A stretch of DNA of 63,476 nucleotides, filler included, from Octopus bimaculoides (lineage: Eukaryota): the NCBI RefSeq assembly GCF_001194135.2. It is 4 parts of 4 records of this genome, joined end to end, with 100 filler letters (N's around TTAATTAATTAA, not from the genome) between each part and the next. Parts side by side here need not be neighbours in the genome. Positions count along the whole stretch, not along the records: positions 48,578 to 60,702 come from NC_068986.1; positions 60,803 to 63,476 come from NC_068981.1; 2 more parts are not named here. One strand, given 5' to 3'. Below are positions 52,786-63,476 of the stretch, piece by piece; the stretch's first letter is position 1; every line of letters begins with the position of its first letter. The position numbers and the translations under genes are program-made. Under the pieces are notes generated by a model. It did no database searches, had not been told where the DNA came from, and saw nothing but the letters and a program-made list of their open reading frames with translations.

Positions 52786-52896
52786 ACGACAGGCTTCTTT
52801 CTGTTTCCGTCTACCAAATCCACTCACAAGGCTTTGGTCGGCCCGAGGCTATAGTAGAAGACACTTGCCCAAGGTGCCATGCAGTGGGAATGAACA
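52786..52896 (-). mobile_element. SINE family A
   Basis: ACGACAGGCTTCTTTCTGTTTCCGTCTACCAAATCCACTCACAAGG..GCAGTGGGAATGAAC. Confidence 0.85.
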
Positions 52897-52914
52897 CAAC
52901 CACCTTCACCACCA

Positions 52915-53072
52915 CCACCGGTGCTGGTGTATTTAGGTCCCTGTAACATAGCGGTTCGGCAAAAAAGAACCGATACAATAAGTACTAGGCTTACAAAGAA
53001 TAAGTCCTAGTCTCGGCTAAAAGGCGGTGCTCCAGCGTGGCCGCAGTGAAATGAATGAAACTAGTAAAAGAA
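52915..53072 (+). mobile_element. SINE family C
   Basis: GGTTCGGCAAAAAAGAACCGATAC..AAAGGCGGTGCTCCAGCGTGGCCGCAG..GTAAAAG. Confidence 0.8.
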
Positions 53073-53204
53073 CACTTCTCTAACAAGATGGCCTTGTCGC
53101 AACTGGAGTGCATGTGACCGTGTGTTTTCTAAATCAGAGTCGACATGCGGTAAACAACAGCAATGATGAAGGGCTAATGTTTTTATTTTATTTCTGTTTT
53201 GCAG

Positions 53205-53353
53205 GACAGTACAATGTGCAAGTTGTTAGCACGAGTTACTCGAATGTCTCTCTGAAGTGGGATAACTTTAAGCCGCACGGCTACTCCTACGAGTATGTGA
53301 TACTTTACCGGGAAACTTTCGTACCGGATGTCTGGCTCTGGCACAGCAATGCG
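53205..53353 (+). CDS. Internal exon encoding the N-terminal part of a fibronectin type III domain
   Basis: Acceptor tttatttctgttttgcag, donor GCG|gtaaga, 149 nt, phase 1 to 0. (G)QYNVQVVSTSYSNVSLKWDNFKPHGYSYEYVILYRETFVPDVWLWHSNA fits the FN3 pattern xSxxLxW..YxxxY. Confidence 0.8.
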
Positions 53354-53517
53354 GTAAGATGACCATACCTCCTTTCGTCTGTAGTAGTGGTAGTGACGGT
53401 GGGGGGGGACAGGGTTCNNNNNNNNNNNNNNNNNNNNNNNNNNNNNNNNNNNNNNNNNNNNNNNNNNNNNNNNNNNNNNNNNNNNNNNNNNNNNNNNNNN
53501 NNNNNNNNNNNNNNNNN

Positions 53518-53650
53518 CTGAGTTCAAATTCCGCCGAGGTCGACTTTGCCTTTCATCGTTTCGGCCTCCATAAATTAAGTACCAGTTACGTACTGGGTCG
53601 ATTAGATAGACCGCCTCTCCAAAAATTTCGGCCTTGTGCCCAGAGTAGAA
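53518..53650 (+). mobile_element. SINE family B (5' part in gap)
   Basis: CTGAGTTCAAATTCCGCCGAGGTCGACTTTGCCTTTCATC..CGGCCTTGTGCCC. Confidence 0.85.
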
Positions 53651-53973
53651 AAGAATAATAATTGAAATCAAAGACGCACACACATACAGACACACACACA
53701 CACTACGCACACATACACGAATAGTGGCCGTCATTTGGTCATCCGATTTCTCCAACCCCACAGCAACATGCCACTATAGTCTTCCATCTTTTTTTTCTGT
53801 CATTAGCAAGGGTTGGAGCTTAACACCAGTTTGTGCTACTGCTGCGCAAGTCATGTTGAAGAAAATTCTCAAAGTAGTTTGCGATCTGGACGATGGAGGT
53901 GAAAGCAAAATGTCAACGAATAGTAATTGAGTTCAGTTCTGCAATCTGTTCGTACTATTCGCATTCTTTTCTC

Positions 53974-54008
<35 letters not shown>

Positions 54009-54455
54009 CTTGGTGCGATTCTATGTCCATGTGTAAGTCATCTTACTATAATTTCAACTGAACAGCCTCTTGTTACAAGATCCATAGTCTCTTCTCCACG
54101 CTTTACTTCTTCCTTCATCGCTCAACACACACTCTAATCACAACCACCACATATCACTAGTTGCCTCTTAATTCTCACCACATCGATCACTCAACTTCGT
54201 ACCTCTAATCGATTCGCTTCCTCATTAGCAACTCTGACACCAAAATGACAGCACCTATGTAATTACTTACACTCCAACATTAGTCCTCTCCATTCCCCCT
54301 CCCCCTCGCCCTCTCCCTCTCTCTCTCACTCGTTCACTTAGATTGTCTATCATCGCATCGTTACAGTTCTCTTATTCCTCGCAGCACAAAACACATACAA
54401 CAGTTGCATTATTTGTAGAACGTAATTAATTTCCTCGAGTTCCACTGTTAAATAT

Positions 54456-54515
<60 letters not shown>

Positions 54516-54528
54516 GTGNNNNNNNNNN

Positions 54529-54588
<60 letters not shown>

Positions 54589-55078
54589 GTGCGTGCGCTC
54601 GGCGGCGGTGCGTGTATACATCCATACATCCATCCATCCATCCACCCATCCATACATACATACATACATCCATACATACATATATAAATATACATACATA
54701 TACATACATACATATACATACATATACATACATACACATACATACATACATTTACATACATATACATACATACAGATGTGTGTGAGTATTTGTATGTGTT
54801 AATATATATGAAAATATGTGTGTATGAATGTGTGTGTGTGCGCTTGATGGTGGTGTATGTATAGATCCATCCATATATACATACATACACATACATACAT
54901 ACATACATACATACATACAGATGTGTGTGAGTGTTTGCATATAAGTTCATATATATAAAATATATGTGTGTACACTTATATACATGTATGCACACACAAA
55001 CACAAGCGCACACGAACATACATCAACACGCGCACACATACACAGGCATGCACTCACACACCCGCAGATACGTATATA

Positions 55079-55335
55079 CAGGATGCGGTGGGTAAATTGT
55101 CGCCATTTTATATTTTCAATTTCGCCCGTGCGCAATGTTTGATTTTGATTTTGATTTTGTCGACTACACAGTATAGTAGGGTTATTGGGCAGCGTATTTG
55201 AGAAAAACAATACCATGACGCAATTCACTCTGCCAGAAATTTGGAAACGACATGCTGTACTGCTTGGCACCCACGCCGGAAGCTTCAATACGAACATTTC
55301 GGTGTTTGGGAGTCAATCTGAGGACAGTGCAACCT
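55079..55335 (+). mobile_element. Tc1/mariner-superfamily 5' end with TIR and transposase N-terminus
   Basis: TA|CAGGATGCGGTGGGTAAATTGTCGCC TIR-like start. MTQFTLPEIWKRHAVLLG..NTNIS / frameshift CLGVNLRTVQ forms an HTH-like motif. Confidence 0.6.
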
Positions 55336-56182
55336 GAGGGCATGAAAGTAAACAAACAATGTTTGCTTTGGAAGCGTTGAGATATATTGAAAGATACAAA
55401 AATAATTTATTCTCAAACGCATGGTAATGTTAATATAACAGCATGAACAGGATAAAATATCCATATATTGCAGAAAAAAAATCGTTATCGGCCAGCTATG
55501 AGACTCGAACTCACATCACTGTGAGTATATATANNNNNNNNNNNNNNNNNNNNNNNNNNNNNNNNNNNNNNNNNNNNNNNNNNNNNNNNNNNNNNNNNNN
55601 NNNNNNNNNNNNNNNNNNNNNNNNNNNNNNNNNNNNNNNNNNNNNNNNNNNNNNNNNNNNNNNNNNNNNNNNNNNNNNNNNNNNNNNNNNNNNNNNNNNN
55701 NNNNNNNNNNNNNNNNNNNNNNNNNNNNNNNNNNNNNNNNNNNNNNNNNNNNNNNNNNNNNNNNNNNNNNNNNNNNNNNNNNNNNNNNNNNNNNNNNNNN
55801 NNNNNNNNNNNNNNNNNNNNNNNNNNNNNNNNNNNNNNNNNNNNNNNNNNNNNNNNNNNNNNNNNNNNNNNNNNNNNNNNNNNNNNNNNNNNNNNNNNNN
55901 NNNNNNNNNNNNNNNNNNNNNNNNNNNNNNNNNNNNNNNNNNNNNNNNNNNNNNNNNNNNNNNNNNNNNNNNNNNNNNNNNNNNNNNNNNNNNNNNNNNN
56001 NNNNNNNNNNNNNNNNNNNNNNNNNNNNNNNNNNNNNNNNNNNNNNNNNNNNNNNNNNNNNNNNNNNNNNNNNNNNNNNNNNNNNNNNNNNNNNNNNNNT
56101 TATCTATAAAGCTCAATTTAATTTTAATTTTTTATAAATTGATTTTAATTGAGTTTTTACCTGTAATTTTGGATTTTGTCCC

Positions 56183-56226
<44 letters not shown>

Positions 56227-56610
56227 TGTGTATATCTGTGTGTATGTGTGCATGTATGTATATATGTATGTATGTATGTATGTATGTGTATGAGAACTAC
56301 GCATGTGTGCGAGATCGAAAGGGAGAGCGGAAGAGAGAGACAGAGAAGCAAAAATAGAAGGCAGAGGTAGACGTTGACTGTTTGGTTGATGAGTAAAAAG
56401 GAATGTCTAGCATAATTACCTTAGACAAGTATCTTCATTCATATGACACTGGTTTGTGTGGTCATGATACAAAGTTATTTCTCGCTGACATAGGACTTGA
56501 CAAAACACACATTCCTTTAGCGATTTTATTCGATATTCATGAATGAAGTTTGTTCAGCTGCTTCTTGTTATGCACGGCACATACTTCGCGTTCGTGTGTT
56601 TATGCATGTA

Positions 56611-56701
<91 letters not shown>

Positions 56702-56997
56702 ATGTATACATTTGATTTTGACAGTAACGTTATGTATATGATTCGTGAGCCGAGAGTTTCGTTCGTTGCGTGTATGTGTGTGTGTGTGTGTTTTTTTTCT
56801 TATGGTATGTGTGTATGTGCGTGTGTTTGTATGTACATATACAGTATATACATATATATATCTACATATATATATCTACATATATACATATGCAGATAAG
56901 TATATGCATGCAAAAATAGAAATACACATACGTACGTGCGCGTGTGTTGCGTGCATACATACATACATACATACATACATACACATAAAAATGGCTA

Positions 56998-57330
56998 AAG
57001 ACTCCCTTCGGTCATGACTGACCATGGGATTGCACGTAGAAAGTTACCCTCCCAGGCACAAGTCCGGGCAAGGTTGTTTATGGAAGACCAGCAGTCGCCC
57101 ATGCATACCAGCCTCCCCTCTCCATACCATTGATGTTATCCAAGGGAAAGGTAAAGCTGATACAGCTTGGCACCTGTGACGTCACAACTCATTTCTACAG
57201 CTAAGTGAACTGGAGCAACGTGAAATAAAGAGTCTTGCTCAAGAACACAGCACACAGCCTGGCCCAGGAATCGAACTCACTACCTCATGATTGTGAGCCC
57301 AACGCTCTAACCACTGAGCCATGTGCCTTC
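56998..57330 (-). mobile_element. SINE family D
   Basis: Full inverse of 12985-13314. Confidence 0.9.
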
Positions 57331-57475
57331 ATTACATGCATACATACATACATACATACATGCATACATACATACATGCATACATAATTGGAGCACTAGG
57401 TTTTGTTAGTTAATGCTTAAAGGAGAATCTGGATAAACTGGGATTTGAAAGAAGAAAAATCGACCGGCTAACACA

Positions 57476-57877
57476 GCGCATGACCTTGCAGGTGGGACCC
57501 AGTTAGAATTTTCTTCAGATCATGTAGCCCATCCCGCTCAAAAGGTCCCTGAATAAGGGTTACCTAAGGATGTTGAACGAAACACCCATGTTTCCAGAGG
57601 TGAATTATTCAAATCCCAAAGAATTCCTCTCAACACATGGCTATGATGCTCGCCCATTACTCCAGCTTGTGATCAGAGATGCACATATCATCAGCCACTA
57701 AGGGACATGCTCAACTGGTTAAGGTCAAGCAACTGACAAGCAAATCTGTGGTATTGAGCAGAATATTTACTGTAGCCCATCTTTTTATACCAAGATAAAT
57801 TAACGTACATGATAATACTTCCAATCAATAAAGATCAAAAGCCATGAGAGCCACTGCCTGGTACTGCATCAGGGCAT
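57476..57877 (-). mobile_element. Family E element 5' part adjoining (TTA)n
   Basis: Colinear with 41230-41612 and followed by a long TTA array (57880-57977). Confidence 0.85.
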
Positions 57878-57902
57878 AATCGTTATTGTTGTTGCTGTTA
57901 TC

Positions 57903-57961
<59 letters not shown>

Positions 57962-59786
57962 CATTATTATTATTATTGAACATCTTGGGAAAATTATTGC
58001 TTAGATTGATCTGAGTGGCGTAAAAGGTGTCATGATGCATCTAAACAATTTGAGTTGAAGAAAGAGGACAATGAAAGAATTATACCCTGCAATCAACAGA
58101 TACATTAATCCAATGCCAGGCAAAACCAAAATAGTCATTGTCCCCATTATGACTTCAGAGCAAAATCTATACTTGGACTCAAATTGTATTCACGCATCCA
58201 TCGCAAACAGATGCAGTTTCTTTCAATTTTAATCCTTTTTTTAATTAATCCTTTCCTTCAACCATTCATACGTCGAAGTCGATGTGAGTGACCATCGTTA
58301 TAATTATTCGATTAGCTGTTCTTTAAGGAATAATGTCATCAAAAGACCTTTAATTGAAGACCATTGATTGGAATGTGACACACAGTCATGAAAGGATCTA
58401 TAGTTGAAAGAAAAGAATACAGTGTCAACTATAAGCGATATGTACCAATGTCACCTGCTGTGCCAAATTATATTCCTTTCCATCGAAAGGGTAATTTATC
58501 CATTTCAGATCGATAAAATAAGTATCAATGACATACTGTGATTGATAGAATTGACTGCTCCCAGTCACTCATATTTGTGGCTTTGTTCCAATGCTAGAAA
58601 TTAATATTATAAAGAAACCAGAAAATGAAGGAGTACTTTTGTGATTTCGATATCAGAGAAAGTAGAAAGCTTTCATCTACGTTTTGTGTTATTCTCCTTA
58701 AAACGGCCGGGATGGAATAACAATGTAAGAAATGAAGAGAGAACAAAAAGAGCGCCCGCTATTTATTACAGTGCTATAAGTCCGCATTACACACACACAC
58801 ACACACACANNNNNNNNNNNNNNNNNNNNNNNNNNNNNNNNNNNNNNNNNNNNNNNNNNNNNNNNNNNNNNNNNNNNNNNNNNNNNNNNNNNNNNNNNNN
58901 NNNNNNNNNNNNNNNNNNNNNNNNNNNNNNNNNNNNNNNNNNNNNNNNNNNNNNNNNNNNNNNNNNNNNNNNNNNNNNNNNNNNNNNNNNNNNNNNNNNN
59001 NNNNNNNNNNNNNNNNNNNNNNNNNNNNNNNNNNNNNNNNNNNNNNNNNNNNNNNNNNNNNNNNNNNNNNNNNNNNNNNNNNNNNNNNNNNNNNNNNNNN
59101 NNNNNNNNNNNNNNNNNNNNNNNNNNNNNNNNNNNNNNNNNNNNNNNNNNNNNNNNNNNNNNNNNNNNNNNNNNNNNNNNNNNNNNNNNNNNNNNNNNNN
59201 NNNNNNNNNNNNNNNNNNNNNNNNNNNNNNNNNNNNNNNNNNNNNNNNNNNNNNNNNNNNNNNNNNNNNNNNNNNNNNNNNNNNNNNNNNNNNNNNNNNN
59301 NNNNNNNNNNNNNNNNNNNNNNNNNNNNNNNNNNNNNNNNNNNNNNNNNNNNNNNNNNNNNNNNNNNNNNNNNNNNNNNNNNNNNNNNNNNNNNNNNNNN
59401 NNNNNNNNNNNNNNNNNNNNNNNNNNNNNNNNNNNNNNNNNNNNNNNNNNNNNNNNNNNNNNNNNNNNNNNNNNNNNNNNNNNNNNNNNNNNNNNNNNNN
59501 NNNNNNNNNNNNNNNNNNNNNNNNNNNNNNNNNNNNNNNNNNNNNNNNNNNNNNNNNNNNNNNNNNNNNNNNNNNNNNNNNNNNNNNNNNNNNNNNNNNN
59601 NNNNNNNNNNNNNNNNNNNNNNNNNNNNNNNNNNNNNNNNNNNNNNNNNNNNNNNNNNNNNNNNNNNNNNNNNNNNNNNNNNNNNNNNNNNNNNNNNNNN
59701 NNNNNNNNNNNNNNNNNNNNNNNNNNNNNNNNNNNNNNNNNNNNNNNNNNNNNNNNNNNNNNNNNNNNNNNNNNNNNNNNNNNNNN

Positions 59787-59835
<49 letters not shown>

Positions 59836-60646
59836 ACTAGATTTTCACAAGCATGGTTAGAAAAAAATAAGTGAATAAGGATTGTGTCTTGCTTCTGCAA
59901 AATTGAATGAAGGAATGCTAGTTAACCTGGGATCATGATTTCGAATTTAGCGCCAAAATGTGTATATATTTTATTTATATATATGTGTACTTGTATATGT
60001 ACATCTAATATCTGTATATATATATGTTTGTTCTCAAGGATTTATATATATACATATTCACGGTGGTGCACCAGCATGACCGCAGCCACTTGGCTGAAAC
60101 ACATAAATAAATAAATAAATATATGTACCTATGTGTATATATACATGTATGTTTATATGTAAGTATGTGTATGTGTGTATATATGCATCTGTATATGTGT
60201 ATATGTATGTATATCTTTTAGGTTTGTCATCTTAATCTATATAATAATGTAGAATTTAGAAATCAATATGTTACTGAATAAATTCAGAATATTCTAAATC
60301 TTTCTTGTGCAAATACTTGTATTTAATGTAAAATACATCATTCCTCTTCAGCTAAGTCTACTCATTACAATACCTATCTCTCACTTCAACCAATGCCTGT
60401 GTTTATTTCGATGCCCAAGCCGCATTGAGAAAATATATATGTATTAGGATATATATGTGTGCATGTGCTTGTAATATGCATATTTAAGAATAACATTTTT
60501 TTTTTTAATCCTTGCCTCGAAGTCAGAAAACAAAAGCATCTTTAATTGCAAGAACGCTGTAAGTATTCTAAATGGAAACTAATGTAAGCCTCGAAGAGAT
60601 TCCATGAGCGCGCACATACACACACACTTACACACACACACACACG

Positions 60647-60702
<56 letters not shown>

Positions 60703-60802
60703 NNNNNNNNNNNNNNNNNNNNNNNNNNNNNNNNNNNNNNNNNNNNTTAATTAATTAANNNNNNNNNNNNNNNNNNNNNNNNNNNNNNNNNNNNNNNNNN
60801 NN

Positions 60803-61047
60803 GCTAATTTCTATTTCAAGATCTTTATATTTGCTCAGTTTTTGGTAGGTCTTGACAGATACGTTTATATCGATTGGGACAGTCATATCAATGAGGAGGC
60901 ATGATTTTTGTCTGAAGTCTTTCAGTATGATGTCTGGCCTATTTGCGTCTATCTTTCTGTCAGTTTGAATGGTGAAGTTCCAGAGGAGTGCAATGTGATC
61001 ATTTTCAAGTACTGGGGGTGGTTTGTGTTCCCACCAGTTTTTATCTA
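60803..61047 (-). mobile_element. R4/Dong-type LINE REL (PD-(D/E)xK) fragment, 5' truncated at (TAA)n
   Basis: WWEHKPPPVLENDHIALLWNFTIQTDRKIDANRPDIILKD..LLIDMTVPIDINVSVKTYQKLSKYKDLEIEIS, open frame. Confidence 0.9.
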
Positions 61048-61056
61048 TTATCATCA

Positions 61057-61107
<51 letters not shown>

Positions 61108-61108
<1 letters not shown>

Positions 61109-61290
61109 GGCAGCGGGGCAAAATGCTTAGTGGCATTTTGTCTGTTTTTTATGTTCTGTGTTCAAATTCTTCTAAGGCCAACTTTGCCTTTCATCCTTTT
61201 GTGTTGATAAAATAAGTACCAGTTAACCACTGGGGTTAATGTAATCGATTTGCCCCTCCCTCGAAATTGCTGGTCTTGTGCCAAAATTTG
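61108..61290 (+). mobile_element. SINE family B
   Basis: AAATGCTTAGTGGCATTTTGTC..GTTCAAATTC..CTTTGCCTTTCATCC..GTCTTGTGCCAAAATTTG. Confidence 0.8.
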
Positions 61291-61869
61291 AATGCATTAT
61301 TATTATTATTATTATTATTATTAACATTAAAAAAAATTGATATGACGTTTTATATACATTGTTCATATTCAATGTCCCATAACCCATTGGGTGTATCAGG
61401 ATATCATTGCAAACTATCTTTATATGTTATATTTAAAACATCTAAACAAATAGGACAATTATGATTAAGGGGCATTACCCAGAGATGTCATTTACACAGA
61501 AAATAACAGTCAAGTTTTGGCCATCGCTAAATGTTCTGAGAGAGAAAAAAAACTTTTATTAATTAATAATACTTATGCAATAAGGAGACAAAGACTCAAT
61601 GACTAATATTAAATTAATCTGAACAGATTAAATTAATATTAATCATTGACCTGGTTACTTCATTCTTTACTGCATTAAACTTGACTGATAGCATACTAGG
61701 TAACTTCTTTTAATATCTTTATGCTTGTACTTCCACCCACCCTTATATAAAATGGGGTAGCTGTGTATCTTCTCTATAACAAGACACCTATGCTTGTCCC
61801 TTAATGGGACTTTTTAATTTTTCTTTCCTTGTTCTTTTCCTGATTTGCAAGTTTCTTAGTGACCTTAGT

Positions 61870-62065
61870 AAAGGCTGGTGGCATGAGAAAAGCACTCAGT
61901 ACACACTGTAAAGTAATTGATATTAGGAAGGACATCCAATCATAGAAACCATGATAAGGCTGATGTTGGAGCTCAGTGCAGCCCTGCAGTTTACCAGATC
62001 CTGTTAAACTGTCTATTCCATGCCTGCATGGAAAAAGGATGTTCAGTGATGATGATGGTGATGGT
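61870..62065 (+). mobile_element. RTE-like LINE/SINE 3' end with (GAT)n tail
   Basis: CCATGCCTGCATGGAAAAAGGATGTTCAGTGATGATG resembles RTE-type tails followed by ATG repeats. Confidence 0.5.
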
Positions 62066-62069
62066 GATA

Positions 62070-62100
<31 letters not shown>

Positions 62101-62204
62101 CGACGACGACAATGACGATGACGGTGATGCAGTTGTGAATCATTGAAGCTGTATTAAGTGACTGACTTAGCTACTGAATTAAAATCTCTGTGGCAGTTAA
62201 CTCT

Positions 62205-62425
62205 TTAACCCTTTAGCATTCAAATTATTCTGTCAAATGTATTTATACGCAATGTTTTGAATTAATCATGCATTATCTCATAGCTTTGAGATTTCAATGA
62301 TGTGATTGTTTACTTTTAGAATGACATTGTAGGGTAAGTGTGAGAGGCTGAATCTGCCCAGTTTGAACATAAAGCAGACAGAATATTATGGCTGGATGCA
62401 GCCAGTTAAAATGAGAAAAGGTTAA
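62205..62425. mobile_element. piggyBac-type MITE
   Basis: TTAACCCTTTAGCATT...AATGAGAAAAGGTTAA: 13/16 inverted match with TTAA at both ends. Confidence 0.55.
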
Positions 62426-62941
62426 TTATGAGTATCATCAATAAGTGATTTGCTAAAAGTATGTTAAGATATGGAACTGAACAATAACCAAATCTGATAT
62501 TATACCATTTAAAAAAAAAAATAGAGAAATTAAATTTTAAAATATTAATTTTTCATGGTTTTTTTTCTTTCTCAGTCTGAATGACATACTCAGAGTTTAA
62601 CTAGTGTACATTCTTTTTTTAAGATTTATTCACTTTTTCACTGTTTCACTTCCTGTGCATATTCTGTGTACTGTTCATGCAGTTTCGGTTACTTTTTCTG
62701 ATGTGATGTAGTGCACCTGAGTATTGTGTACAATAAGTTCATCACCATCATCATCATCATCATCATCATTGTCATTGTTATTATTATTATTATCATTATT
62801 ATCATTATTATTATAAAGGGTTAGGAAATGTCTGATTTGCAATGATTGCCTTATATACCATCACTATGTCACATTCTGCTGCTACCTTAGATTTAGAGAT
62901 TAGCTATTGTTATTACTCTATCTATTTTTCTTAACATTTAG

Positions 62942-63088
62942 GCCCAGCGTCCATCCTTCCAACAACAAGATGAAAATGCATCAGGAGAAAAACAAGTTTT
63001 ATCTGGAGAAGAGCAACAACAAAAGATCAGTACATATGAAGAAGCTTTTAGACGCATCAAGGAGGCCACTGGTGTATCTGATACGATG
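62942..63088 (+). CDS. ODAD3: Internal exon of an outer dynein arm docking complex coiled-coil protein (ODAD3/CCDC151-like)
   Basis: Acceptor tttttcttaacatttag, donor ATG|gtaaaa, 147 nt, phase 0 to 0. AQRPSFQQQDENASGEKQVLSGEEQQQKISTYEEAFRRIKEATGVSDTM contains the YEEAFxxIKEATG motif of ODA docking-complex proteins. ODAD3 versus ODAD1/CCDC63 is assigned from memory. Confidence 0.75.
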
Positions 63089-63244
63089 GTAAAATATTCT
63101 CACTCTATACCCATTCGGATTCACACACACACAGACTCTTACAGACATACATACATTACAAAATATATGTAAACATTCATACTTACATGCCCACAGGCAT
63201 GCTTGCATGTATGTGTGTGTATTAATGTTTGTTTTATGCCATTA

Positions 63245-63370
63245 GGTGCAGGAATGGCTGTGTGGTAAGTAGCTTGCTTACCAACCACATGTTTCCGGGT
63301 TCATTCCCACTGCGTGGCACCTTGGGCAAGTGTCTTCTACTATAGACGGAAACTGAAAGAAGCCTGTCGT
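63245..63370 (+). mobile_element. SINE family A with internal deletion
   Basis: TGGCTGTGTGGTAAG..GGGTTCATTCCC..CTACTATAG joined directly to ACGGAAACTG, with a TA tail. Confidence 0.9.
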
Positions 63371-63371
63371 A

Positions 63372-63411
<40 letters not shown>

Positions 63412-63415
<4 letters not shown>

Positions 63416-63476
63416 CGTTTGCCGGAGAAACCTACCAACAAAACTCTGGGGTCACGATGGGAACGAGAATGGGTCC
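63412..63476 (+). mobile_element. Penelope-like RT fragment running out of the window
   Basis: FTFAGETYQQNSGVTMGTRMGP matches the PLE RT motif YxQxxGxxMGxxxxP. Confidence 0.7.

Overview
AT-rich, microsatellite-dense eukaryotic scaffold with many N gaps. It is mostly intronic/intergenic DNA. The SINE families resemble, from memory, those of octopus genomes (inference, not a database result). Only two host exons are well supported, both on +: a fibronectin type III exon (53205-53353) and an ODAD3/CCDC151-like coiled-coil exon (62942-63088). The rest is transposon-derived: four tRNA-type SINE families, mariner/Tc1 relics, a near full-length decayed Chapaev3-like (RAG1/Transib-related) transposon, many R4/Dong-type REL LINE fragments with a non-autonomous partner in (TAA)n tracts, a Tx1/L1 fragment at (GATA)n, a piggyBac-type MITE and Penelope-like remnants. 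The most notable signals are two well-formed minimal type I hammerhead ribozyme motifs (17442-17500, 25081-25156) plus two degenerate ones, a foldback element with a palindromic (CCCTAA)/(TTAGGG) core, an old ~600-bp tandem duplication that keeps a splice-acceptor-like site, and inverted SINEs bracketing the FN3 exon. Nearly all long ORFs in the track are microsatellite or N-gap artefacts. No rRNA, true tRNA or CRISPR was found. Repeat boundaries are approximate unless TIR or splice coordinates are given.
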